This document shows positions 28,140-38,669 of a stretch of DNA of 64,000 bases, one piece after another; positions within the stretch are counted from its first letter, which is position 1; every line of letters starts with the position of its first letter. Source of the stretch: Candidatus Bathyarchaeota archaeon (GTDB lineage: Archaea; Thermoproteota; Bathyarchaeia; 40CM-2-53-6); assembly GCA_005888635.1 (NCBI GenBank), contig VBAW01000025.1, positions 6,298 to 70,297 on the forward strand. The letters are read 5' to 3'. Both the position numbers and the translations under genes were made by a program. A model generated the notes under the pieces. The model was not told where the DNA came from and did no database searches. It saw nothing but the letters and a program-made list of their open reading frames with translations.

Positions 28140-28787
28140 ATGGAACCAAGCTCGGTCGAGACAGACAGGATCGTCCAAGAATTTGATGGGGATGCATGCA
28201 AGTTCTGCGAGCGTTACAAGAACAAGGGATTATCGCGAAGCAGCAAATTACTCCTGAGATTCATTCTCGATAACGCGGTGCGGGATCGATCGGTACTTGA
28301 CCTAGGCTGTGGCGCAGGTGGCTTGTCGTTGGAGCTGCTAAAGGAAGGGGCGGCTAACGCTGTCGGGTTCGACCTCTCTCCGAAGATGATCGGCGCTGCC
28401 ACCGAACTGGCCCGAGCGGATGGATTTGAGAGTCGAGCCAAGTTTCAGCTGGGAAACGGAGCGACGAGTGAGCTCCCAGAATCGGATATTGTGGTCATGG
28501 ACAAGGTACTGTGTTGCTATTCCGAATGGAAGCCCTTGCTGAAGAACGCGATAGAAGCTAGTAGAGTCATGATCGGTTTCACAGTTCCCCGGGACGAAGG
28601 CATCACCAAACTGCCCTTTCGAATTGCCTTGAGTATCGTGAATTACTTCCAGAGAAGGAGAGGAGGTGTGCTCTTCTATTTGCACCCGCTAGGCAGTGTT
28701 GACACAACCTTACGAGACTCAGGATTCAACCGTCTTAGAAAACAGACTTCAAGGTTCTGGCTGGTTTTTCTGTACTCACGGGTTTGA
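28140..28787 (+). CDS. Class I SAM-dependent methyltransferase
   Basis: 215 aa. Motif I VLDLGCGAGGLSLEL and motif II-like IVVMDKVL. Confidence 0.65.
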   Translation: MEPSSVETDRIVQEFDGDACKFCERYKNKGLSRSSKLLLRFILDNAVRDRSVLDLGCGAGGLSLELLKEGAANAVGFDLSPKMIGAATELARADGFESRAKFQLGNGATSELPESDIVVMDKVLCCYSEWKPLLKNAIEASRVMIGFTVPRDEGITKLPFRIALSIVNYFQRRRGGVLFYLHPLGSVDTTLRDSGFNRLRKQTSRFWLVFLYSRV

Positions 28788-28876
28788 GGATGAAAAACCG
28801 GTCCGATAGTTGGGACCCTAATTGAGCCTATGATTCGTAAATCGTCTCGCTAATCGATCAATCTTACATAACCCCG

Positions 28877-29398
28877 ATGTTCAGACTTGCATCTGCTATG
28901 TTGAAGCTTCGCAAAGCAGTCCCCGACGATATCCCGTTAATATTATCGTTCATTCGAGAGTTGGCCGAATACGAGCGGGCACCGAACGCGGTCTCCTGCA
29001 CTGAGAAAGATCTGCACCGCGACGGGTTCGGACCTAGCCCAAAGTTTCGAGTGATCATCGCCGAATGGAACGGAGAGCCTGCGGGCATGGCTTTCTTCTT
29101 TTACAACTACTCTACGTGGCAAGGTCGACCTGGAATCTTCATCGAAGATCTATTCGTACGATCCCAGTTCCGAGGCAAGGGCATCGGTAGAGCGCTTATG
29201 GCGCGTCTTGCGAAGACTGCGATTGCCGAGCAGTGCTATGGCGTGCGATGGGAAGTCCTTGACTGGAATAAGCCCGCAATAGACGTGTATCAGCATCTAG
29301 GCTCAAAGTTTCGAGAAGGCTGGCGAATCATGCAATTAATGGGTCGAGAACTGAATGAATTAGCGGAAAGCTCCTCGACTCACGTTTCCAAAGACTAG
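28877..29398 (+). CDS. GNAT-family N-acetyltransferase
   Basis: 173 aa. The acetyl-CoA-binding motif A is present: FVRSQFRGKGIGRALM fits the Q/R-x-x-G-x-G/A pattern. Confidence 0.75.
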   Translation: MFRLASAMLKLRKAVPDDIPLILSFIRELAEYERAPNAVSCTEKDLHRDGFGPSPKFRVIIAEWNGEPAGMAFFFYNYSTWQGRPGIFIEDLFVRSQFRGKGIGRALMARLAKTAIAEQCYGVRWEVLDWNKPAIDVYQHLGSKFREGWRIMQLMGRELNELAESSSTHVSKD

Positions 29399-29561
29399 CA
29401 GCACGGTTGGGCGACGGGCGAGGACGAGGCCAGCCATTAGCCCAAACGGCCCAACACAGAGGCTCGTATGGCCTGGAGGCCTCTCAATCGGGGGGTGAGT
29501 CTCGAAGCGCTTTTGAGACTCGATTCTTCGACGCTCTGGTGCGCTCAGGGATTATTGATTC

Positions 29562-31415
29562 ATGTCAGACAGCCCAAGTTCGGCAGTAGATTACAAGCCG
29601 ATCAGAGATTACGGAGTCATCGGAGACATGCACTCTGCCGCCCTTGTGGGATTGGACGGCTCTATCGACTGGTACTGTGCCCCACGGTTCGATTCCCCGA
29701 GCGTGTTCGCAGCCTTACTCGACGTGCGGAAGGGCGGAAAATTCCAGCTGTCTCCTACTGAGAAATTCACGACAAAGCAGAGTTACAAGGGGGACACGAA
29801 CGTGCTCTCCACTATTTTCGAATCTAAGCAGGCAAAGATCGAGCTCACAGACTTCATGCCCTGTTTCATGGAGAAAGGTGAGGCGAAGGGATTCCAGGAA
29901 CTTCACCGAATTGTCGACTGCGTCGAGGGCGAAGCTGGACTTCGAATCATTTTCCAGCCTCGACTAGATTACGCTCGAGGAAATACGACACTACTGGAGA
30001 CTGCAGAGGGATGCACAGCGAAAAATCGGGGACTTCACGTCAATCTCGCCTCATCAGTGAAGCTGCGCGTTGCGGACAGCGATATTCTGACTAATGAGTT
30101 CAGATTATCGAAGGGTCAGAGGGTTGTCTTCGTTCTCAAGTGGGGGAAGAAACCGGCAGTCCCCGCATCACGATACGAGACTAGCAAGAAGCTTTCCAAA
30201 ACTCTGTCCTACTGGAAACGCTGGGTCGGGCATGTAAAATACCAAGGACCCTTCCGAGCGAATGTTGTCAGATCCTGTCTAGTCCTGAAGCTATTGCAGT
30301 ATGCTCCAACGGGAGCAATGGTCGCGGCAGTCACGACCTCTCTCCCCGAGAGTATTGGCACTCTGAGAAACTGGGACTATCGATACTCTTGGATCAGGGA
30401 CAATGCGCTTTCGGTTCTTGCTCTTAGTGAGGCAGGAGCGAGCAGAGAGGCTTTGGACTATGCAAGATGGCTCATCAATCTCCGCAGACATTCAAAGGAG
30501 AAATTGCAGATTATGATGGGCATCGGCGGTGAGAGGGAAATACCTGAGACCACCCTCGACCACCTAGAAGGGTATCGACGGTCAAGCCCGGTCCGCGTTG
30601 GCAATGCAGCTTCAAAGCAGCTGCAGCTAGACGTGTATGGAATCCTGGCAGACTACGTCTACTTTCTCCACACATTGGGATGGACGACTGGTCAGGTCTA
30701 CGAAAACCTCGTCAGGTATTCAGCGGACCGTGCGATGAAGGAATGGCAGAGCCCTGATAGTGGAATATGGGAGATCCGGGAGCCAAAGACGTTCGTAGAG
30801 TCGACGATGTGGTGTTATGTCGCTCTCGACCGGGCGAGCAAGATGGCTCGAGAGCTCGGGTATGACGAGGACTGGCAGAGATGGGAGCCAGTTAGAAAGA
30901 AGATCAAGAGCCACATACTCTCGGAGGGATGGTCTGAGAAGAAGAAGGCTTTCGCCATGGTTTTTGGAGGAGAAGACTTGGACGCCGCGAATCTTCTCAT
31001 GCCCCTAGTCGGGTTTCTTCCGGCAAAGGATCCGAAGATGAGCGCAACCATCCAAAGGATTCGGGAAGAATTGTCTGAAGACGATCTGATTTACAGATAC
31101 AGAGTAGATGATGGCCAGCTAGGAAAGGAGGGCACTTTCACAGTCTGCAGCTTCTGGATGGTCGACTGTCTGACGAGACTGGGAAAGCTTCGGGAGGCAG
31201 AGGGACTGTTGACCCAGTTGACGAAGCGAAGCAATCATCTTGGACTGTACTCGGAAGAGATTGACCCAAAGACTGGCGAAGCGCTGGGGAATTTTCCTCA
31301 GGCCTACACTCACATGGGACTCATAACCGCGAGCGTACATCTCGAAGAAGCGCGGCGGAAGAGCGGACTGATCCGATATGCCAAAGCGATATCGAACAAG
31401 ATCAGCGGCCGATGA
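29562..31415 (+). CDS. Glycoside hydrolase family 15 (glucoamylase/trehalase-like) protein
   Basis: 617 aa. N-terminal beta-sandwich block (YKPIRDYGVIGDMHSAALVGLDGSIDWYCAPRFDSPSVFAALLD), characteristic of prokaryotic GH15, then an (alpha/alpha)6 barrel region with WxRDxA (SWIRDNA). Confidence 0.85.
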   Translation: MSDSPSSAVDYKPIRDYGVIGDMHSAALVGLDGSIDWYCAPRFDSPSVFAALLDVRKGGKFQLSPTEKFTTKQSYKGDTNVLSTIFESKQAKIELTDFMPCFMEKGEAKGFQELHRIVDCVEGEAGLRIIFQPRLDYARGNTTLLETAEGCTAKNRGLHVNLASSVKLRVADSDILTNEFRLSKGQRVVFVLKWGKKPAVPASRYETSKKLSKTLSYWKRWVGHVKYQGPFRANVVRSCLVLKLLQYAPTGAMVAAVTTSLPESIGTLRNWDYRYSWIRDNALSVLALSEAGASREALDYARWLINLRRHSKEKLQIMMGIGGEREIPETTLDHLEGYRRSSPVRVGNAASKQLQLDVYGILADYVYFLHTLGWTTGQVYENLVRYSADRAMKEWQSPDSGIWEIREPKTFVESTMWCYVALDRASKMARELGYDEDWQRWEPVRKKIKSHILSEGWSEKKKAFAMVFGGEDLDAANLLMPLVGFLPAKDPKMSATIQRIREELSEDDLIYRYRVDDGQLGKEGTFTVCSFWMVDCLTRLGKLREAEGLLTQLTKRSNHLGLYSEEIDPKTGEALGNFPQAYTHMGLITASVHLEEARRKSGLIRYAKAISNKISGR

Positions 31416-31717
31416 TTAAGGAGGGCGGCCTAATACATCTCAGAGAGTTCTGCTAAATCTGTATGACGTTTAGTTTACGGGAAGAACTTGGCGATTATTG
31501 CCAAGATCGCCCGATCGCGGGGACCTCCGTCAGCCAAAGCAGACAATCGAAGTAAGAATTTGTCCAATCTGATCTCAAAGGGTCCCCCGGGGAGGGGGGG
31601 CTGCATTGTTGATTGTTCTGATTCGGGCTTTGTTTTAGGTTTTGGGGTTGTTTTGAATCTGGAAGGCGCATTTTTCAGGGTCTGGAAACGAGCAGGAGCC
31701 GCAAGGAAAACGAGCAA

Positions 31718-33958
31718 TTAAGGTACGTTGGTCGTCTTTGTAAGATCAGTCAGTAGTTGAATAACGTCGCGATGGTTTTTCAGGTTGAATTTCGCGTAGG
31801 ATTTTGCGAGTCCTACTTTGATCGAATAGGATTTTTCGGGAAGAACCTTGAAGAGTTCTTCGTCAGCCAGATCGTCACCCACGGCCAGAACGAAGTCGAA
31901 TGTCTTTTCGGAAAGGAGTAGCTTCGCAGCCATTCCCTTGTCGATCCCGACGTTTCTCACCTCGATCGACTTGCTATCTTGCAACACTTGGAGCTCAGTG
32001 TTCTCAGTGAAATATCCTAGCTCATCCGCAAGCTCTTTCGACCGTACAGAGGCCAGTTCCGGGTCGGCGGCTCGATAATGCCAGACTAGGGAGAACTCTT
32101 TCTCCTCGGCAAAGGAGCCGGGAAGCCGATCTTCATAGCTCTGGAGAATGGGCCGAACCTTCTCCTTCCAGTTGCTCTCCACCTTGATCGCGGGTAGCCA
32201 GTCTTTGTCCTTCTCTCTAATCCAGGCCCCATGCTCCGCAACGATTCCTATGCTTAAGGGTCCGAACCATTTGTGTAAGAGATCTCTATGACGACCACTC
32301 ACGATTACTAGATTGTTTCGCGGATCCTCCGCGAGCGCGTTGAGAGTTGCGAGGAGGACCGCCCCGGGGACCGCGGTCTCAGGACGCTCCTTGAAGGGCG
32401 ACAATGTACCGTCATAATCTAGGAATAGGATTCTGTTCGCAGAACTCGTGTAATCTTTGATCAGCTTCTCTCTTGTTGACTTGTCCATTAGACGTGCATT
32501 GAACCTTTTCTGCTGGTCTTTGACCGAGTTGAGTTTTCCAGTAAAGTCCTGGCCCCATCTGATAACGTCGTAACGTCCTAGCCTGTTCTGCATTACCTGG
32601 TTGCGCCGTACTTGTTCCTCTTCGGGCATTTCCAGACCGGTCTTGAGCGCGTCTACGATTTCTGACTCATCGTTGGGATTGATTATGAGCGCCTCCCCTA
32701 GCTCTCGCGAGGCTCCAGCCATCTCGCTAAGAATCAGGACCCCTTTCTGATCGGCCCTAGACGCGACGTACTCCTTCGCAATCAGGTTCATACCATCTCT
32801 CAGAGGAGTTACTAGAGCCACGTCGCTCATAGCGAAGAGGCTCAACAATTGGTGATACGGCAGAAACCTGTATCGATAGACTATCGGGTTCCAATCGATT
32901 GCCCCGAATCTTCCGTTAATGCTCCCTACTAGTTTGTCGATCTCCTCCTTCATCTGCTCGTAATGCTCTGACCCTAACCTTGAAGGAACCACTGAAAGCA
33001 TGAGGACCACTTTTCGTAGCCATTGAGGATACCGCTCGAGAAAAGTAGCATAGGCCTCTAAACGGTGCTTGATCCCTTTCGTATAGTCGAGCCTGTCAAG
33101 GGACAGAACGACCTTAGGATTGCCTAGTCTATCCCGGAGTGCCCGGGCTTCCTGCTGCACGATGTCGCTTTTCACATTATCCCGAATCTGCTCGTAGTGG
33201 ATGCCCATAGGGAAGGTGTCAACCCTTACGGCTCTTTCCCCGTCGATCAGCACCTGGCCAAAATTGTGTTCGATTCCCAGGATGCGGAGTATGCATCTGA
33301 GGAAGTGTTGTGTGTAGTCGATTGTGTGGAATCCGATCAGGTCAGCTCCAAGAATACCTTCCAGTATGGCTCTCCGCCATTTCGTCGGGAGGGTGCGGAA
33401 AACGTCGTACGATGGGAAGGGTGTGTGGAGGAAGAAGCCGATGGGCAGATCAGGCATCTTCGCTCTCAAGAGCTGCGGGAGAAGCATGAGATGATAATCG
33501 TGGACCCAGATAGTGTCGTTTGGCTGGACCACTTTCAGTAGTGAGTCTCTGAAGACTTCGTTTACTTTGACGTATTGTGCCCAATCGTTCTCGTCGAACC
33601 TGGCATTTGTGGGAAAATAGTGGAACAAGGGCCAGATTGTGCTGTTGCAGAATCCGTGGTAGAACCCGTCCATTGTCTTGGCGTCTAGAAAGACCGGTGA
33701 GGCCTGTTGCTTAGCAGCTTTTGACCTCAGTCTGTCCTGAGAACCCTCGTCGATCTCGATGCCTGGCCAGCCGACCCACAAATAATCTCGACTGGGGGAC
33801 CCCTGTCTGGATGATTCCAGATACGCGGTTAGTCCAGAGACAAGCCCGCCTGGGCTTGCGCGGAAAGCCAGCTTGCCGTCCTTGCTGCTCGCTGTGAACG
33901 GTAGCCTGTTAGAGACGACTACTAATCTCAAAGCTGGCTGTTCCCCTGAACTATTCAC
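31718..33958 (-). CDS. Bifunctional trehalose-6-phosphate synthase (GT20, OtsA-like) / trehalose-6-phosphate phosphatase (HAD, OtsB-like)
   Basis: 746 aa. N-terminus LRLVVVSNRLPF...GGLVSGL and HDYHLMLLP (GT20). C-terminus ILFLDYDGTL (HAD motif I) and later HAD motifs. Confidence 0.9.
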   Translation of the reverse strand: MNSSGEQPALRLVVVSNRLPFTASSKDGKLAFRASPGGLVSGLTAYLESSRQGSPSRDYLWVGWPGIEIDEGSQDRLRSKAAKQQASPVFLDAKTMDGFYHGFCNSTIWPLFHYFPTNARFDENDWAQYVKVNEVFRDSLLKVVQPNDTIWVHDYHLMLLPQLLRAKMPDLPIGFFLHTPFPSYDVFRTLPTKWRRAILEGILGADLIGFHTIDYTQHFLRCILRILGIEHNFGQVLIDGERAVRVDTFPMGIHYEQIRDNVKSDIVQQEARALRDRLGNPKVVLSLDRLDYTKGIKHRLEAYATFLERYPQWLRKVVLMLSVVPSRLGSEHYEQMKEEIDKLVGSINGRFGAIDWNPIVYRYRFLPYHQLLSLFAMSDVALVTPLRDGMNLIAKEYVASRADQKGVLILSEMAGASRELGEALIINPNDESEIVDALKTGLEMPEEEQVRRNQVMQNRLGRYDVIRWGQDFTGKLNSVKDQQKRFNARLMDKSTREKLIKDYTSSANRILFLDYDGTLSPFKERPETAVPGAVLLATLNALAEDPRNNLVIVSGRHRDLLHKWFGPLSIGIVAEHGAWIREKDKDWLPAIKVESNWKEKVRPILQSYEDRLPGSFAEEKEFSLVWHYRAADPELASVRSKELADELGYFTENTELQVLQDSKSIEVRNVGIDKGMAAKLLLSEKTFDFVLAVGDDLADEELFKVLPEKSYSIKVGLAKSYAKFNLKNHRDVIQLLTDLTKTTNVP

Positions 33959-34041
33959 GCTCCGCCCTCCGCTGACGGTTTAGAATGATAGTAACCGAGC
34001 CATAAACAAGCCGAGTACAGACTCCAACTCGTCATTATCTG

Positions 34042-34746
34042 ATGACCAATGGAGCGCCTATTGACGTCTCCGTGAGGACGTGGACTCACTCGTGGGCGTC
34101 AAGTTTAAGCCGACGGCAAGAGATTCGAACGTCCGAGTTTCCCTTGGTATACTGCTGGAAGTGCGGGAGCGAGCTTCGAGAAGACGCAGCCTTCTGTTGG
34201 AAGTGCGGGGCGTCTGTTCGGGGAACTATGGGCGTCCAGTCTCCAACAGGCTTCGAATTACTGAGAGACGACAAGAATGCCCAGAACCACTGGGCCCGGC
34301 GACTAATCGCTTTCATCATCGACGCAGTTATTGTCACGGTCGTACTAGCAATCATTGCAATCGCCGTGTCGATTCCTTTCATTATCGGTTTGAGCTTCCC
34401 ATCGACGAGTCTAGGGGCATTTCCAGCGTGGTGGAATGCGTGGTGGAGCCTATCGTTTGGCGGATTGATACCTCTAGTCGTCTTCCTCTACTTCTTCCTC
34501 GCTGAGGGACTCTACGGTAAGACCCTGGGCAAAGAGATCATGGGTCTGCAGGTACAGAGAGTTGATGGAAAACCAATGGATATGCGAACCAGTCTCATTC
34601 GGAACATCAGCAAGATCTACTGGGTCCTACTGCTAATAGACGTGGCGGTTGGATTGGGGACGCACGGTGAGATGAGTCAAAAGTGGAGCGACCGCTACAT
34701 CGGGACAAAAGTGGAAGAGAAGACCCGCATGACAATAATTCCCTGA
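34042..34746 (+). CDS. RDD-family membrane protein with an N-terminal zinc-ribbon. True start probably downstream (a possible TTG just before the ribbon).
   Basis: CWKCGSEL...CWKCGASV (CxxC-x10-CxxC), then 3 TM helices, and the conserved R-x-x-A-x-x-I-D block typical of RDD proteins. Confidence 0.6.
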   Translation: MTNGAPIDVSVRTWTHSWASSLSRRQEIRTSEFPLVYCWKCGSELREDAAFCWKCGASVRGTMGVQSPTGFELLRDDKNAQNHWARRLIAFIIDAVIVTVVLAIIAIAVSIPFIIGLSFPSTSLGAFPAWWNAWWSLSFGGLIPLVVFLYFFLAEGLYGKTLGKEIMGLQVQRVDGKPMDMRTSLIRNISKIYWVLLLIDVAVGLGTHGEMSQKWSDRYIGTKVEEKTRMTIIP

Positions 34747-37535
34747 GACCCCAATACTATTCACAATATTCACAAAGAACATTTTTCGGATTAGCTACTG
34801 AAAATTTGTCGACTCAGCTTTCGCGACATCGACCAGTCATCGCCCTCGTTGCTGCTCGCATCGTCTACGCGATAAACTGGCTGAACATCGGAGCGATCTT
34901 CTACCTGATGAATGCCGACCTCAACAGCGGCGTCTCAGGCCTCGGAACTCTCACCTCAAGCTTCTACCTAGGCGTCGGAATCATGCAGGTTCCGGGCGGA
35001 GTACTCGCGGCGAAATGGGGTCCCAAGAGAACAGTATCACTAGGCATACTCGTCTCGTCTCTAGCCGTGCTAGGCACTTCCATCTCAGCATCCATTCTTC
35101 AAGTTGCAATCCTACGTTTCATCGTGGGAGCTGGAATGGCACTGGTATTCGCACCCTCGGTTGTGCTCATGACTAGATTTCTCGGAGGAAAATCGGGCAC
35201 TGGCGTCGGGCTCATCAATTCCGCATTCGATATCGGGGGCTTGTTCGGCCTCTTCGGATGGATTCTCCTCGCAACAGTCACGGGCTGGCGGTCTACCCTC
35301 GTGCTCAGCGGGGGCCTCGGACTGCTCACAGGACTCTTGGTAATTGCCCTCGTCCCGAAAGACGGAGAGAATGTTCAGTTCAGGTTTTCCACTGGTCAGC
35401 TTGGCAATATTCTGAGCGATAGGAACCTGATCGTGTTGGGGCTCGGATCTCTTGGCTCGAACCTCGGAAGCGTTCTCATCTCGAGTTTCATGGCATATTA
35501 CCTCCAAGCAAGCCTAGCAGAAACCGCGGCAATCGCAGGCATAGTCGCAGCGATGATCGTTGTCCTCCCGATCTACACATCTCTATGGGGAGGAAAACTG
35601 TACGACCGCACGAGGAAGCCAAGGCGATTACTCGTCCTCTCTGGCCTAGGAATGACCAGCGCGCTCTTGGTGGCCGCAGCGCCAACGCTTACTGCTGCGG
35701 CTGCTGGAGCGGTATTGGGCGGGATAGCTGTCGGACCCGCGTCAACAATCAACTTCGCCGCAGCTCCTACTCGTTCCTCTACTCTTCCTCCGAGAAGAGC
35801 CATCAAAGTTCGCCAAGGTGAGCTAATGGCTAGTCCCGAAAACGATGTTGCATCACTCAACCGTTTGTACGAGGATTACTGGGAGTTCATCCTCAAAGAG
35901 AATCCCACCTTCGCCACGTATCTTGGAGACCACAGGTACGATAACTGGCTAGAGGATGTTTCTTCGGAAGCCTATCAACAGCGCATCGACCGGTTCAGAA
36001 AATTCCTATCAGACCTTAAGGGGTTCAAGAGACCGACTAACGGAGAGGACCGGCTCAACTATGATCTCTTCAAACGTGAACTGGCATTACAGATTGAAGG
36101 CGCAAACTATCAGCCGTATCTTCTGCCGATAACCCAGCAGACCGGCCCTCACATCGACCTCCCTCAACTCATCACCTACCATCCGTTCAAGACTCTGCAA
36201 GACTACGTGAATTACATCAGTCGCCTGACACAGTTTCGGAGAGTCTTCGACCAGACGATCACAAATCTCAAGACTGGAATAGAGAAGAAGACGGTTCAGC
36301 CTCGAAACGTTGTCGAAAAGATCATCCCCCAACTAGAAGCACAGATCGTATCTGTACCCGATAAGAGCGAACTCCACAAGCCGATAGACAAGCTCCCCTC
36401 TGAAATTTCTAGCGAAGCGGCTCTCAGAATAGCATCGGACGTAGACAACTCGATCCTGAACTACGTCGTCCCCGCCTACAGGAAGCTCCTCAAATTTGTC
36501 AGAGAAGAATACCTACCAAAATCCCGGACACACCCGGGAGTCTGGTCCATTCCCAACGGGAGAGCGATGTACGCTTACAATATCCGGCTTCATACGACAA
36601 CTAATCTCACACCCAGCCAGATCCACAGTCTGGGAAAACGGGAACTTGTTCGAATCAGCAAAGAGATCGACGCGATTCTAAAAAAGGCCCAGTTCAAAGG
36701 CTCCCTCCAAAGATACAACAAAACCCTGCGAGAAGACAAGTCGAACTTCTACACTAATGGCCAGGACCTGCTGAACGGTTTCAAGGAAATTCTCCGACAG
36801 ATGGACAATAGACTTGCCGAGTTTTTCGCCCGACTCCCCAAAGCTAAGTATGATTTCAGGGAAATCGAGGAATGGAGGGCGGACGCTGCTCCTGCTGCCT
36901 ACTACTATGCACCCCCAGAAGACCGTTCCCGACCCGGATACTTCTACGTCAACACGTACAAGCCTGAGACCCGGCCGAAGTACATGATGGAGGCTCTCGC
37001 ATACCACGAAGCAGTTCCTGGCCACCACCTCCAGATCGCAACCCAGCAAGAACTTACGAATCTTCCCAAGTTCCGACGCCACGGCGGATACACTGCCTTC
37101 GTCGAAGGTTGGGCTCTCTACGCAGAGTGGCTTAGCAAGGAGATGGGGTTCTACAAAGACCTCCTCGCTGACTACGGCCGGCTCACGGCAGAAGCCTGGC
37201 GAGCATCACGATTGGCGGTGGATACCGGTATTCATAGTCTGAAATGGACGCGAGACCAAGCCATCAAGTTCCTCAAGAACAATACCGCCAGCTCTGAGCA
37301 AGACATTGTCTCAGAGGTAGACCGGTATATCGCCTGGCCGGGACAGGCACTCGCCTACAAAATGGGTGAGTTGAAGATACGAGAACTTCGAGCCAAGGCC
37401 GAGAAGAGAATGAAGCGGCACTTTGATCTTAAGAAATTCCATGATGAACTTTTGAACGATGGGGCTTTGCCTTTGGACATTCTCCAAGCAAAGATGACCC
37501 GCTGGACAACAAAGACGACCGGCAAGGAATCCTGA
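34683..37535 (+). CDS. MFS-type transporter domain (about 10 TM helices) fused in-frame to a DUF885-family domain (from about nt 35826). A possible alternative TTG start lies at 34806.
   Basis: Continuous 950-aa ORF. The N-terminal about 385 aa are MFS-like. The C-terminal about 570 aa carry the DUF885 hallmark HEAVPGHHLQ (HExxPGHH). No stop codon separates the two parts, and the other frames show no MFS continuation (I translated them). Confidence 0.55.
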   Translation: MERPLHRDKSGREDPHDNNSLRPQYYSQYSQRTFFGLATENLSTQLSRHRPVIALVAARIVYAINWLNIGAIFYLMNADLNSGVSGLGTLTSSFYLGVGIMQVPGGVLAAKWGPKRTVSLGILVSSLAVLGTSISASILQVAILRFIVGAGMALVFAPSVVLMTRFLGGKSGTGVGLINSAFDIGGLFGLFGWILLATVTGWRSTLVLSGGLGLLTGLLVIALVPKDGENVQFRFSTGQLGNILSDRNLIVLGLGSLGSNLGSVLISSFMAYYLQASLAETAAIAGIVAAMIVVLPIYTSLWGGKLYDRTRKPRRLLVLSGLGMTSALLVAAAPTLTAAAAGAVLGGIAVGPASTINFAAAPTRSSTLPPRRAIKVRQGELMASPENDVASLNRLYEDYWEFILKENPTFATYLGDHRYDNWLEDVSSEAYQQRIDRFRKFLSDLKGFKRPTNGEDRLNYDLFKRELALQIEGANYQPYLLPITQQTGPHIDLPQLITYHPFKTLQDYVNYISRLTQFRRVFDQTITNLKTGIEKKTVQPRNVVEKIIPQLEAQIVSVPDKSELHKPIDKLPSEISSEAALRIASDVDNSILNYVVPAYRKLLKFVREEYLPKSRTHPGVWSIPNGRAMYAYNIRLHTTTNLTPSQIHSLGKRELVRISKEIDAILKKAQFKGSLQRYNKTLREDKSNFYTNGQDLLNGFKEILRQMDNRLAEFFARLPKAKYDFREIEEWRADAAPAAYYYAPPEDRSRPGYFYVNTYKPETRPKYMMEALAYHEAVPGHHLQIATQQELTNLPKFRRHGGYTAFVEGWALYAEWLSKEMGFYKDLLADYGRLTAEAWRASRLAVDTGIHSLKWTRDQAIKFLKNNTASSEQDIVSEVDRYIAWPGQALAYKMGELKIRELRAKAEKRMKRHFDLKKFHDELLNDGALPLDILQAKMTRWTTKTTGKES

Positions 37536-37612
37536 GGGATCCCTCCGGGCGAGGAATTTAAGAGAGTGAGATACCCTTCATAGAGTAGCGTTCACGAACG
37601 GAGTGTTGTTGC

Positions 37613-38038
37613 ATGTCCGACAAAGATCCTGAGCTCCAGAGCATAAAAGAGAAAAAATTGGTCGAGATGATGCGTCGGACGCGGGCCCAGCTTCAGTCAT
37701 CAGAAAAATACGATGGCAAACCGATAATCCTCTCAGACGCGACCTTCTCATCAGAGATCTCAAAATATCCACTGATGGTCGTGGACTTTTGGGCCGCATG
37801 GTGCGGTCCCTGCAGAATGGTCGCCCCTATCGTTGAGCAGCTCGCCAAGGAATACTCTGGCCGCGTAGCATTCGGCAAGTTGAACGTGGACGAGAACCCC
37901 TTGACTTCTGGTGAATTCCAAGTTCAAAGCATCCCGACACTCCTCATCTTCCGTGACGGACAGCCCGTCGATGGAATTATTGGAGCGGTGCCAAAGTATC
38001 AGATCGAGTCAAAGCTCAAAGCCCAGCTAGGCAATTAG
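37613..38038 (+). CDS. trx: Thioredoxin
   Basis: 141 aa with WAAWCGPC active site and thioredoxin-fold spacing. About 30-aa N-terminal extension. Confidence 0.9.
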   Translation: MSDKDPELQSIKEKKLVEMMRRTRAQLQSSEKYDGKPIILSDATFSSEISKYPLMVVDFWAAWCGPCRMVAPIVEQLAKEYSGRVAFGKLNVDENPLTSGEFQVQSIPTLLIFRDGQPVDGIIGAVPKYQIESKLKAQLGN

Positions 38039-38212
38039 CCGATTCAGCAGCTTGCCATCTCTCAAATCTCTGAAGTACAGATAACCTACGCCGCAAGCTA
38101 ACCGAATGAAATCCGGACGATACGAACGTCTTGCGTAGGCGCACTGAGTCCGGTGTGCAATTTCAACTTCATCGGTTAAGTACTCGACAAGCTCTGGAAC
38201 ACCGAACTGCAA

Positions 38213-38539
38213 ATGTCGACCAAAGCATCCCTGCGTTCAATAGCTCGTCTGCTTCTCCTGATTGGCGGAATCATACTGATTCTTGAGGCAGTTCTCCAGC
38301 TTGGCGTGGACCTTCGAGGTCTTCTGAACTTTGCACCACGGGTCCCGTCTCTGGACATCTTCACCAGCGCAATAGTCAGCGTGCTTGTAGGGATCCTAGC
38401 TCTGGTCGGAGCGGGACAAATCCGCAACCCCGCATGGAGTATCATCCTGCTGGTCCTGGGGTTTCTGTTGATTGGAAGCCTTGGCGGTATACTCGTCTTC
38501 ATTGGCGCCCTGATCGCGCTGGTTGCGACATTTGTCTGA
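38213..38539 (+). CDS. Small polytopic membrane protein (3-4 TM), hypothetical
   Basis: 108 aa, almost entirely hydrophobic helices separated by short loops. Confidence 0.35.
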   Translation: MSTKASLRSIARLLLLIGGIILILEAVLQLGVDLRGLLNFAPRVPSLDIFTSAIVSVLVGILALVGAGQIRNPAWSIILLVLGFLLIGSLGGILVFIGALIALVATFV

Positions 38540-38669
38540 GTAGATTCCAGTTCTCATAGTCGGGGGCAGGGGCTTGTTCCCTCAGCATTAGCGACGCTGA
38601 CAGCAACGCTCTGAAAAAGCGTATCAATAAGGTACGTAGCACAAGTCAACCCTGCTTGTGGGATGATTT

